NCBI GenBank assembly: GCA_051942245.1
Contig: JAVECL010000144.1
Location: forward strand, 1-44,321
Length of the DNA: 44,321 nucleotides
DNA from: Trypethelium eluteriae
Lineage: Eukaryota
Direction: 5' to 3'
Made by a program: the position numbers and the translations under genes. The notes under the pieces were generated by a model. The model was not told the DNA's origin. It ran no database searches and saw nothing but the letters and a program-made list of their open reading frames with translations. This document shows positions 21,058-33,424 of this stretch, piece after piece (the stretch's first letter is position 1; every line of letters starts with the position of its first letter).

Positions 21058-24000
21058 TCACCCAGATCGCCTCGACCGTTTATTGTCTCCATGCACTCCT
21101 TCATCCGCTCTCCTCTTCCGATTATCCCTTCCACCTCGGTCACGCTCGTCCCTCCTATCTCCGCCTGCACCACCTGGCGGTCCCATATGCCCCGGCGGCA
21201 GTGGTCCCCTCATCCTACCATCTCCGTTTCTCCCGTCTGCATGTCCACTTCCCCAACCACCACCATAGCCATGCTCCATCTCCGAGGGCATCGATCTCCT
21301 ACCACCTCCGTCCATTCCCCGCGGCATCGCTCCTCCCATGCCACCTCCCGGCGGCCCAACACGGTCTCGCCCATCATCTCTGCCCCGTCTTGCAGCTCCT
21401 CCGTCTCTGAGATCTCGATCCGAGCCTCCACGCTCGAAACCAGGACGATGGGGCGGCTCTTTCCTATCCCGCATGTCCCTCACATCCCTCTCCCTCTCGC
21501 GATCTCCTCTCTCATCACCACGTCCTCCCGCACGAGATCGGTCCTGCTCGCCGAGTCGATACCTGTCATGACCAGGCTCTCTACCACCAGCGCCACCAGG
21601 TCCACGCGGTCCCTGTCCAGGTCCCGGTCCAGGTCCAGGTCCAGGTCCAGGTCCCTGACCCTGACGTTCACGTCCAAGTGGTGCTCGCTCATCTCTACGC
21701 ACATCACCTCCTGCTCTGCGCCCTCCATCGCGCTCATCATGCCCACGAGACGCGAACAGCTCCCCACGCTGACCCTGACCCTGACCCTGGCCTTGACTCT
21801 GGCCTTGACCCTGCGGATCCGCGGACGGAGCTGCAGAGCGGGGTGGGAGCAAATCTGCTCCACCGATCCCCGGCGCTGCACCCGATCCCGCAGTTGCCGG
21901 CACAGGATTCGACATCTTCGTCGGCGCGCCTGTGGCTGCGCCGGCGCCAGGCCCGGGGCGGGGGCGTCCGGAGGCCTGGCCGCGGATGCTCACGTTGCCG
22001 CTTCCGTCGTTGGGTACGGCAGAGGCAGGGGCAGAGGGAGAGGCCGAAACAGAGGTGGCGTGTGATCCAGTGGTGTTGGCGGTGCGTTCGGGGGGCGGGC
22101 CAGTAGCGCTGGCAGGCGATCCGGCTTGCGAAAGGACGTCTTGCATGCCTGCGAACTTGCGTGCTTCGTTCCGCTGGCGCTCGTTAGCGCTGGTGGAAGT
22201 GTTGCTGGGACCTGTCGGGACATTGCGGCCGCCCTCGGTGTTCGCGAAGTGAGGTTGGGCAGGGCTGGCTTGTTGCATACGTGGGCCGGATGGAGGAGGC
22301 ATTCCCGACGTCGAAGCAGGAGAGTGTTGTGGCTGTTGTGGGAAAGGAGGTGCGTCTGTGCGGATAGGCGATGGTTGGACTCGTCCAAGACGACTGGGAT
22401 GCACGCTTGAGAGATCGGAGGCTGCGCCCTGACTGGTCGTAGGTGTTTGCGTGGCGGACCCAGGTGTCGTAGGTGGAGGCCGCTCGAATTGAGAGGAATT
22501 CCGATCGCGATAGGGTCTTGGTGCCTGATTCCGTGTTTGGGAAGGAGACTCGGATGCTGGACTTGGCATGGTTGGCTCGTTGTTGGGCAGGCGAGTGTTG
22601 ATTGAAGGCTGTGGAGCCGTGAAATTTCGGCTTCCGCGTCCAGCAGCCTGAGCATTCCGTCCCCTTGGGCCTGAAGGGACGTCTGGTTGGGGGTTCAGAC
22701 GCCCATAGTTAGGGTCTTGGGATGGACGTGTTGGCGGATAGTCTTGAGCTAGGCGTCCGGCATTCTGATCAGTGGAGGGGCGAGGAGGCATGCCACCTTC
22801 GAAAAGATCGCGTTCTGCACGGCGACCACTACGTGGACCGGAAGGTGGAGGTCCAACGTCTTCGCGGCGTTCGCGAGTGTTTGAGGGCAAGCCGTGAGGC
22901 TGTCCTTCATGACCTTGGCGATCATGACGGTATTCATCAACGTCGTAGGACGCTCGATGATCTTTCTCACCCTGTCGTAGAGGTCTATCCCGAAGGTTTT
23001 CGCGCGACCGTGAGTCTTGACGGAGATCAGCAGTCATAAGAGCAGCCCGTTCTGGATTCATGCCAATGCGATCATCTAGTTTCGAACTGTCATGAGGGGG
23101 ATTAGAAGATGATCGACTTGGTGGTTGCGATTGCTGGATCTGCGCTGAACGCTCTGGATGCGCGGGACCACGGTTTTCGGATTGTTGCGAGACTGATCCC
23201 GGAGGACCCATGGAAGACGAAGGCGTCATGCGCTGCCTCTTTTCCGGAGGCGGTGCAAAGTCTCTTAAATGGTCGGACGGTCGTTCACGACCATTCTCAT
23301 ACCCACTGGGGACCCGGCCAGATTGTCGATTTTCTGATGACCGACCCTCACGCGCTAATGGTCTCGGCCCATGATCTCCTTGCCTATCTCGCTTTTCGGA
23401 CATACGATCGTTTCGTTCATAATTGGAGTTGGATAAGCGATCAGGTGTGCGTCCACGGCTCCGTCTTCCCGGAGATTGCTCGCGGCGTGCCGCTTCGTTC
23501 GAATCATTCCGACTGAGATCAGTCGGCCGGTCCAATCTGCCATAATCCTCTCTCTGAGAGCTACGGCCGTCGCGTCTTCCTCCTTGCTGATCTCTTGAGC
23601 GTTCGAAACTTCTGTCAGTCCCACGTCTGGGAGGTTGCTCAGGACGATTTGGCAGTTGGTGTGGTGTTCGCGTTGGAGTAGAAGAAACTGGCGCTGGTTT
23701 TGATGGTGCATCTGCGATAGGCTGGGTGGGAGCCGCTGGCTTCTGTGGTTCATTCGGCTGAGCCTTTTCAGGATCCGGTTTGGTGGTTTGCTGCTGGTCT
23801 GTAGACGGTGCGGGCGTACTTGGTTTTGCTGTTAACTTCCGCTCGTTGACAGCATGAGTGTCAGATGTCGGTTCGTTGCCGGATGGCTCAGCTTTGTCGT
23901 TGTCATCGACTTTTGAAGCATCATCTGGACTAGCTTTCGCGATTTTCTCATCCTCGATCTCTCCATCCTCAGCGTCGCCTCTACCTGGGGCTGAGCTTTT

Positions 24001-27000
24001 GTGCATCATCCCATTCAGCCTAAGATCCATTAGCCACTGTCTGGAGTCAGGTATCTTAGGGCAAGATGCCTGGAGTCACCTACAGTGATGGTTTGGGTTT
24101 GGAAGCGTCCACTGCGATTTCGGGAGGATTAGCACCTCCAGTATCTTGCTGCTCAAGATCTGGTTGAGGTGGAGCAGGCTTTGCAGGGGAGGCTTGACTC
24201 GAACTCCGCTGTCCAGTGCCGGATGTCTCATTCTAGGCAAAAGTTAGCATCCGTGATCTGAAACATCCATACTCCCTGGACTCACAATGTGGAAGGCCTG
24301 TGGAATGATCCAAGCTTTTTCTCTTTTTCCCAGGCTTCCGGCCAAAGCATTGGCTGCCAGTGCGAGCTCTTCCCGCTTATCATTGGTTAAAGCAAGTAGG
24401 CTTTCCTGTTGTGCCCGTCCCATGAAGTTGACCACCGGAAATTCCTGGTGAATAGCCATAAGGAGATAAATACCATTTTTGATGTGCATGTATTCACCAC
24501 TGTCAAAGCAAGCTTTGAGCGCGAGGTGTAGATTACGGTGCCATTTGAACAATGCCCGTCTGAAATCCTCGTACTCTCTGAATGTCTCGATGCCTTTCTC
24601 TGCTGTGATCTTGATGGCAAAACCAGGAAGATCCTTCTTGGGGCCGAATGCCTGCTTCTCATAGTAAGATTTGTCCGCACGCCATTTGTTCAGCTCTTTC
24701 AGCAGCTCATTGAGGAATCGCCCAAAGTTTTCGGCCTCATTCACGGTGCTTTGGAATATCAAGGAGGTTAACTGCTTTTCTGCAAACAGGCTATCCAGCA
24801 AGAACATCGTTCGGAAGCCCGGAGTCCCAGATGAATGGAGATAGAAAATCATCTTGTAGGTATACTGAGCATCCATTGGAGACAAAACCAGACGTGGGAA
24901 GAAGCAATCCTGGAGCAGGGCTGTGTTCAAGGCGTCCAACGACTGTCGAGTGTTACCTAGACCAGCGAACCAGTGGTCCTTCTCGCGACTCAGGCGGTTC
25001 CGAGTCTGTTGATAGGCCTCAACGTGCAATTTCATTTCCTCACGAAGCTGATCCGATAGGTCGTTGAGTTCCTTGACCTTCGCTTCCTTTTCCCTGACAC
25101 CATTGACGCTGACATCCTTGCGATCAGCCCTGATGTCGGGAACTCGATCACGCACGCGCTTAGTGACTTCCGAGTATATAGCACTTGGAACAAGAAGATC
25201 ATAGCTGCCAAGCTGCCAAAACGTGACAAAGAAACCAAGAATTGACGAGTCCTCCGCGCCGGTACGCACAAGTGGTTGCAATTCTTGTATTAGTGGCTGC
25301 AGTGCTGGATGCCAAGGACTTTTGATCTCATTTGCTGTCACGCCTGACTCCAGTAATTGCGATTGATTATTCGGCTCTGGAGCATCTTTCATTGGTGTGT
25401 CGTCATCATCACCTTCTTCACCCTCTTCTTTGCTATCCTCGATCTTACCCGGAGATGACGCAACTACGCCCGAGCTGGAGCTCGGAGCTGTTTGGGGAGC
25501 GTCTTCGCCCATCTCGACGTCACCATCGAGTTTTGCTTTCTCGGCATTGTCTCGCCTAATTTTCTCCTGCTGCCGCTCAAGCTTGATTGCAATGTCAACC
25601 TCTGCTATTTTCGCTGACAAGCTGGCTCGGCCGATCTCAAAGGCGAATTTGGGGTCAAGGCCGAACTCCGATATGAGACTAATGATTGAGGGAATATTTT
25701 TATCGAATTCGGCCACTGGGAGAAGAGCTCGAAGCATCTGAAGGTACTGGTCGTATACACGACTAATCTTGTCGAGGTTTGCGCAGATGGCTTTCAACGG
25801 AGTGTCCTTGGAAGATGCTTGGAATGGGTAAATCTGTCTCAGTTGGACAATGGCAACGAGAAGCTGACTAGCAAGGCCTGAGGATTTCAAGAACGTGATC
25901 AATCTTGTGGACGATTCTCTCCGTTTTACGTCGTGACGCTCATCACCCAGTGGGATGAGTATTTGACCCCGTAGATAGGGCCCCCCGGCCAACGCGATGA
26001 CGTCCCTGTCCTTTAAAATCAGACCCGGCGCAATACCAGCCGCCGACCACACAAGTTGCTCCAGTAGCTCAAGCTCTGTCGCTTGGCCACGCCGTAGCTG
26101 GTGTCCAAGATAAGCAAGGATCGGTGCAATGTCCATCTTTGAGTAAGCCCTGTAAGCCTGGCCACAAAACATCGAGAGTGCCTTTAACCACACAGTTGTG
26201 AGCATTCCATCAGCCTGGACTAGACGTCTTGCGCCATTCCCGATCCCGTTCAAAAGCGACCATGTGAGGATATCAAAGGCCAGATCGGTAAAGTATTTTC
26301 CGCACACGACGAACCATCCGATCATGACTTCGTAAGATTCGATGCGACTGTAGGCTACTTGGAGAAGGATACCAGGACAATTAATAGCAGACATGGCCAA
26401 CAATTTTGCTTGCTTATCTTTATTCGAATGCACAGTCTTTTTCATTATGTTCCCGACTTCAATTTTGACTCGGCTGAAGACTTCTTGTATGTCCGGATGG
26501 CGCGAAGTTGCACCCGTAAACCATTCAGCGTACATATTGTATCTGGTAGCAGATGGGAACTCCCGGACGAGGTCCCAGACTTCGTTGATGATACCAGCAT
26601 TCGGTCCAACGAGAGTTAGGACAGGTAGGAGAGACCGCTTCACTAGATCGGCCCATCCTGCTTGATTTCGGGGTGAGGGGTCATCCTTAAGACTTTTTCT
26701 TCCTATCCGCACGAGCTTCACCATCAAGGCAGTATCCTGGGCAATTTTGTAGCCAGAAAGATTCAAGAAAGTGGAGCATAAGGTGAAGACGTCGTCAGCT
26801 GTCTGACAGACGGGAATGTCATCCGTCCAATGCTCATAGTAGAAGCACATATCCTGATCACCACAATCATGCAAGTCAGGCTTGGTCCACTTCAACGTGG
26901 ATCGAGGCTCCATCTCTGTTGTCCTGAGCTCGCCCACCGGCACTCCAGTCGGCTCTTCAACGATGGCTTGCGATGCTCGTACTGTGCTGCGTGCGATGAC

Positions 27001-29184
27001 AGGTTCCAAGGCTTCGTACAATTTACTTAGAGAGTGGTGTAAGATACGATGGATGTGGTGTAACAAGTTGGGATAGGCATTTATGAGCCAGGGAAATTTT
27101 CCGAGGATATAAAGAGATTCAGGCAGAGCACCAATGGTGAGTAGGTTCCTTAGTAATAGCACCTTCTGATCCGATGGTTCAGAGAGTTTGGGGGGTTCGG
27201 TGTCTTCGGAAGGCTTGCTGGGGGTCTTGGCCTCTTCGGAATGCTTGCTGGTGTTTTTCGCCTCTTCAGCATTTTTGCTTTCAGCAGTTTTGCTGGAGCT
27301 TTTATTCTCATCGGAAGGCTTGCTAGGGCTTGCCGCTCTGCTAGACTTTTGTGTCGACCGAGTTTCTTCGTCACGTACCCGAGAGGCATGTGTAGATTTT
27401 TCAGTGTCCTCCTCCGTTAGTTTTTCTGTTCGGGTCAAGGCATTTTCGGGGCCAACATAGCCATTCCTTTTGGAACGGTCGGCTTTCTCTTGTAACTTTC
27501 TTTGCTTCACAGCGTCCATTTCTGAATCCGAAGGGTGCAAGTGGGGATAGAGGTCTTTCAGGGATATGAAGCCGACCTTGATGAGTAATGAAGCGAGTGC
27601 AATGAGGTTCTCTGGTAGAGCATCTTCAGGATCCCGAGCCGCTGATGAATAGAATCGAAGCTTGAAGCCAAGTAATTGGGCAGCCTCAAAATTTCCACGT
27701 GGCGGTATGGTTCGGGTTCCAGCAAGCCATTCGCGGGAAAAGTTTCGAGGTGTCTCCTTAATTGGTACTTTCTTGCCTCGTGCAGCAGCTTCTTCGGAGA
27801 TCCGTTTCTGGTTTTCTTCAAAGTCCTTAATGTCCTTCTCAATACTAGCTTGGAGCTCAGAAGCCGATTCTTCATCCATGACAATCTCGCGTCCGCCAAG
27901 CTCGAAGTAAGCGTTGATACCAACTTCACGCGCTCGATCCCAGAACTTGACGTCGCGCTCCCTTCTTTCCGCCTCAAGCTTGACCTTATCAGCTTGACTC
28001 GTCTGGTAAGAAGGATAATCTGGCAGTGCCCATAAAGGAAGATTCTTGTACGGGTAGTCGGGTACTTGAATGCCCTCGAAACTCTTATTTTGAGGCCACC
28101 AGGAGCTCGACGCAAGGAGCTTGACAAAGAATCGGTAGTGCTTGATAAGAAGAGTGGCAAAGACATCAAGGGTCACGTCTAGAACACGCCCCACGTCCAG
28201 GTCAAAGGCGCCAATCATGCCCAGGACCTTCGTAAAGGTATTGCGCGCGAGATCGAATGTCGGTGTTGCCGAGAAGGATGTTTCGAAGTATTCGTTCATG
28301 AGCTTCGCATATCCTTCCGATTCTTCCCGCAACAGATTGTAGTTGCCTTGCTTGTAGTACACGCCCGTTTGCGTACGTACCTGCTGGCTCTGAAACGATC
28401 CGCGAACGAGATTTAATGCGATGAGTAGAGATGAGTCGAGCGTCATTCGCATAAGCTCTGGGGATATGCCCGTTGCAAAAGCAAGAGTCCGCAGGTTTGG
28501 TTGACGCACATCGTGCTCCGTCATAATTGAGAAGATGTCAAGGAAAGCAACGGCCGTTTTATTGGAGGCAGATGATGAATCTCCGACAATCTCTTGGATG
28601 GCTTGACCAGCATGCGTGGGGTCCAAAAGACCGTCCAGACCGGCCCTTACAAGTTCTTGAAAAATGATGCCAAGAGCTATTGGATCCTCCTTGTCTTTCG
28701 CTTGCTGTGCTTTCTGTATTATGGATGCGCGACCTGAGGTGCTCCATTCTTTGCGTAGGTCCTCGGTCAAGTGGTCATAATGATAGGGGAGAGGTTTAGG
28801 TTTCGGAGGTGCAGGTGCAGGTGCAGGTGCAGGTGCGCGAGGAGCTGCAGCCAAAGCTTCGGGTTTTGTGACCGATTGAGTGCCGGAGGATGGTGAAGGT
28901 AGAGGTGGGAGGGACATCGCGGTTGGAGGATTTGTAGTACTGACTTGGTGTGGGGTAGGCTGCGTAGTGGAAGGACTTGGCATAGGGTTCGCAGGTGAGT
29001 TTCCACCTGCCCTAGTCTGACGATTTTCCCTTTTCCCTCCCCGGATATTTTGGGTATTATGTGGATTCTGCTGAGCATGGCCCAAATTTTGCGGACGATG
29101 TGGAGACGGCCTGCTTGATGCATCGTTGTTCTCGTCAGGAGAGGTGGGGTCCGCTCGCTTTCGTTTCTGACTGTTTGGTGCCAT
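21058..29184 (-). CDS. THO2: THO complex subunit 2 (Tho2/Rlr1), about 2669 aa, 3 exons
   Basis: ATG at 29184. YKQGNYNLLREESEGYAKL, IGAFDLDVGRVLDVTLD, AAQLLGFKLRFY, LLQDCFFPRLVLSPMDA, SGEYMHIKNGI. Introns 24285-24233 and 24083-24020 join the 1697-aa and 990-aa ORFs in frame (8010 nt total). Confidence 0.95.
21615..21812 (-). repeat. Coding hexamer repeats in the THO2 tail (Gly-Pro and Gly-Gln dipeptide runs)
   Basis: (GGTCCA)n at about 21615-21655 encodes GPGPGPGPGPGPG; (TGACCC)-like units at about 21770-21812 encode QGQGQSQGQGQGQG. Confidence 0.8.
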
Positions 29185-29711
29185 AGTTGCTTCTGATCGA
29201 GCTTCAGGCTCGGCGTGTCCTGGAAAGCTCTTTGAAGGAGCGTGCACGCGCCCAATATGGAGAGGTCGAGATGGCGGGCTTGCGAAGTTGATGAAAAAGT
29301 CGTGAAGTGGTTTGCCGGGCTGGAAGACGAAGATCAAGAATTCAGCGCAGGCCCAGCAAGAGGGGGATGAGTGCGTAGTTGGAGGAGGAAAAGGCGAGCG
29401 AGGGTGAAGGCTGGGCCGTCAAGCATTCATGATTGTCAAAGCTCACCTTGAAGTGATTGACGGAGCATCACTAATTGCGGCGTTTGGCCACTAAGCCCAA
29501 AGCGGCAACAAAAACGGTGTTGAGTCTCACAGCGCAACTCCACCGATGCATGTATTGTACGGAGCACTAAGATTGCAATGCCCTGTATAGTGCACACATT
29601 CAATCAGAACTAATAGCGTTCATCATCACTGCCGCATCAATTCCCTTTTGCGCTATATTGACGGTGTCTAATCAAAGTCATCATGATGCCGTGTCGAGAA
29701 TTCAGACCGCT

Positions 29712-31632
29712 TCAAGCAACTGCACCGACAGCAATCACCTGCTCTCTCTCCTTTTCTAGCACACTTTCCAAGATGCCCTTCGCTCCCTTTCCAGCCTTCA
29801 TTTCCTTGATAACATCGTTGATGCCAAGCTGTTCATCCGTCCACAGCGGAACCTCCTCTTCTTTGTCCTTTACGCCGACCCCAACGAACCCACCTTGCGC
29901 AGCCCACTCACTGGTGCGCTTAATGCCAAGTTTCGTCCAGACGGCATCGACAGCTTCGACAAGATGCTCGCGATACTCGCGAACGTGGCCGGGGGTCGGA
30001 GTGAAGCGTAGTCGTTCCTGTCCTCTTGGCACTGTAGGATAGTTGATAGCTTGAACGTAGATGCCCCATTCATCAAGCAGCATGTCGCTTGCTTGCCTGG
30101 CAACTTCGGCATTTCCAACCAAGACGGGCACGATGTGACTCGGGTTTGGAATGACAGGAATGTCGCACTCGTTCAGCGCATCCTTCACTGCGCGAGTATG
30201 TAGCTGCTGCAAGCGTCGGTCACCTTGATACGCCATTTGATATTCAATTGCGGCCTTTGCACCGGCCATGGTGGCTGGTGGCAAAGATGTTGTAAAAATG
30301 AAGCCAGGGGCTAAGGAACGGACTGTATCAACCATTTTGGCCGAGCCGGCAATATAGCCACCAACACAGCCATACGCCTTACCCAGAGTACCTGTAATGA
30401 TATCGATACGGTCCATCACTGTGCCTTGGGGATGCCCAGCACGGTGCGCTTCGTAGTCGAGATGTTCGGCAACACCAGCGCCCTTTGCTCCGTACATTCC
30501 CACAGCGTGAACTTCGTCAAGGAAGGTGATAGCGCCATACTTGTCGGCAAGATCACAGATTTTCGCAATGGGACTGACGGATCCGCACATGCTATATACG
30601 CTTTCAAAGGCGATTATCTTGGGAGTCTCGGGAGGAAGAGAGGCAAGTTTACCCTCCAGGTCTTGAACATCATTATGCTTAAAGACCATCTTCTTTGCAC
30701 CTGAATGGCGGATCCCTTGGATCATCGACGCATGATTCATACTGTCAGATAAAATCACACAGTCAGGGAGCTTGCTACCCAGAGTCGCTAAGGTAGCATC
30801 GTTTGCGACGTAGCAGGACGTAAATGCCAGCGCCGCCTCTTTGGCATGCAACTTGGCAAGTGTTCCCTCAAGAGCAACGGCATGCTGATTATGGCCAGAG
30901 ATGTTCCTAGTCCCACCGGCACCAGCACCGTATCTGTCAAGAGTTTCGTGCATCGTCTTCAAGACCTGCGGATTCCTGCCCATGCCCAGGTAATCATTCG
31001 AGCACCAGACTGTAACGCGCTGGTCGACATCTGACATATGGGCGCGGGGAAATTCTTGCGCCAAGCGATTGATGTTGTTGAAGTAGCGGTAAGACTTGTC
31101 TTTGTGTTTCTTATCGAGCTCGGTTGTGTAGAACTTGTCGTAATCGAATTTGGTGACTGGACATTCTGGTGGAGGCCCAGAGGCGCCTTGGGGAGGCTGG
31201 TTGGTAGTGGGCTTGAGATGACCGAGGGGAACTGCGAAGTACGGTGTGAGTAATTCCACTAAAAGACGGCCCTCAAATACTCGAAGCGAGCATCATACCT
31301 TCTTCTGAACGCGTCAGTCCAACCTCGATAGCCTGCGCTTCCATAGGCGAAGTTGTATGCATTTTTGCCCTTCCAATCTTGGAATGGTAGGCACGGATAC
31401 CGCTGTAAGCAGCATTGGCGAAATTGACGTGCCCGGAACGAGCGCTTTGAACCGCAAGAGCTTTTCCCATGACCGGGCATCGACGAGCAAGAACCTGGAG
31501 ATTGGACATAGAGCCGCCACCTGGAGATGCTGACTGGGTGGTGGTGCTCGTTGACAAGGCCCGTAGAGTGGCGGGTGAGCTTTTCTTCAGGAACGGGCAC
31601 ATAGAACGAGACTGGCGTAGCATTGCCTCCAT
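29712..31632 (-). CDS. HEM1: Mitochondrial 5-aminolevulinate synthase, about 617 aa, 2 exons
   Basis: ATG at 31632. Presequence with CP motifs (MCPFL, RCPVM). Intron from 31298 to acceptor 31232 (alternative 31259). Catalytic motifs [40 protein letters not shown]. Confidence 0.97.
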
Positions 31633-31787
31633 ATTGAATGGTGAAGAGTAGATTCGATTGAATTCGAAACAGTGAGAGAAGTTTAGACGGTGAGAGCAGA
31701 CAAGAAAAAGGCAGAGATTGTGGTTCGGGATGTGAAGGCTGACACACTTCTTTCCATCTCTTGTGTCACTAGTCCCGTTTTCGATGG

Positions 31788-31880
31788 ATTGGCTGTGGGG
31801 TATTCGCACGGACCTGGCCGACTATCCAGCCGTGCCAGCCCAGCACCCCAGGCTAATGACTTTCCCTTAGGCCCTATTGG
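31788..31880 (-). promoter_or_regulatory. Two CCAAT boxes upstream of HEM1
   Basis: ATTGG on the + strand at 31788-31792 and 31876-31880, about 155 and 245 bp upstream of the ATG. The CCAAT-binding Hap complex regulates heme genes in fungi. Confidence 0.4.
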
Positions 31881-32214
31881 TTCTTCGCTCATCTGACTTC
31901 GGCAAGTAAGAGCAGTGACGCCACGGCAAAATCGTCATCAAAGATGAAAGGAATATACCGAGTAAATCTACCTGGCTCTCGAGTACATGAGACAATTGAT
32001 TCCTACCTGTACAGTACTTCGCGGATCTGATTGTGCCGGTACAGTCGGCGTCAGTAGTACACCAGACATTATATCAGAATACTGTAGCTCTTGTGTCATG
32101 ACGTTCTAGCGTTCATTCTTGATTGGAAATCCAGGTCTCGGCATAGGATGATGATTTTTCAGAGCGCTCGTCTTCTATCAAAAATAACCTGCCCCGTCAA
32201 GGTCATCTTCTATC

Positions 32215-33424
32215 ATGGCTCCGAAACTGTTCTTGTAAGTGAACCATGAATCGAGGTTTTTGTCCTGATATTCATGCCTCGGCGGATCGATTGATTGACC
32301 TTCACGGTCAGGACAGGTACCACCGGTTACATAGGTGGCACAGTCTTGGATACATTGGTTGCAAAACACCCCGAATATGAAATCACAGCGCTGCTTCGCA
32401 ACGTGCCCTCCAATTTCACCTCTCGTTATCCCAAGGTCAATATCGTGAAGGGAGATTACGACAGTGCGGAGGTCATCTCTGATGCAGCATCTAAAGCCAA
32501 TGTAGTCGTTCGTAAGTTAAGAACATCGGAACAGGTCGAAGGATAGATTGAAAATCGAAGCCTGAGAATCTACAGACAGTGGAAATTCCGACCACGAACC
32601 CAGCATCAAGGCGCTCATTGCAGGTCTCCTGAAGCGCGACTCAACCTCATTCCTCATCCATCTTGGAGGCACTGGTGTGGTAGCAGACTGGCAGCAACCC
32701 GACTACCTTGGACGCGTGAATCCCAAAGTATGGTCTGACATTGAGAACATCGACGAGATCATTTCCCTACCAGATAAAGCCTTGCACCGCAACGTCGACA
32801 AGATTATACTCGATGCTGGGGCTCAGAACAGTGATAAAGTGAAAACTGCAATCATCTGCCCACCAGACATCTATGGCCCGGGTCGTGGTCCTGCCCGCAC
32901 CAACAGTGTCTATTTTCCTGCATTCTTCGAAGAGATTAAGAAGCTAGGGACCTCATTCTACCCAGCTGAAGGAACGAACACCAGATCTTGGGTTCACATA
33001 GAAGATCTCATGACACTGTATGTAAAGCTAATCGAAGCCGCAATTGATGGAGGGGGAAATGCCAACTGGGGCAAAGAGGTATTTCAACACCACCTCTACC
33101 GAGAGACTGGAGGACGATAATTTACTCACTCGCCAGGGCTACTATTTCGCATCCTCGCAAGAAGCCTCACAACTCGATATCGCCAAAGCTACAGGCCGCG
33201 TCCTGCACAAGCATGGCCTTATCTCCAGCTCCGAACCCCAGCAACTTCCTCTCGACCAAGTCGATGGCATGGTGAGCAGTTGGGGCATCCCGCATATCGC
33301 GACCTACATGTTCGCGGCCAACTCGCGTACACGAGCTGATCGAGCGAAGGCCGTGCTATCCTACGAGCCTCGGGCACCAAGTCTTTGGGATTCGCTGGAA
33401 GCCGATCTACTCGCTTGTAAATAA
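32215..33424 (+). CDS. NAD(P)-binding Rossmann-fold oxidoreductase (epimerase/dehydratase, atypical SDR), 336 aa, 4 exons
   Basis: Introns 32235-32311, 32512-32575 and 33079-33136 give MAPKLFLTGTTGYIGGTVL...AIICPPDIYGPGRG...RSWVHIEDL...WGKEGYYFA...ANSRTRADRAKAVLSYEP. Confidence 0.9.

Noticed and set aside
21091..22065. 324-aa antisense ORF with SR/TL repeats
   Set aside because: Shadow of the GC-rich, repetitive THO2 tail on the opposite strand.
21058..24030. Separate 990-aa gene
   Set aside because: It joins THO2 in frame through two canonical introns, and its ATG lies inside intron 2.
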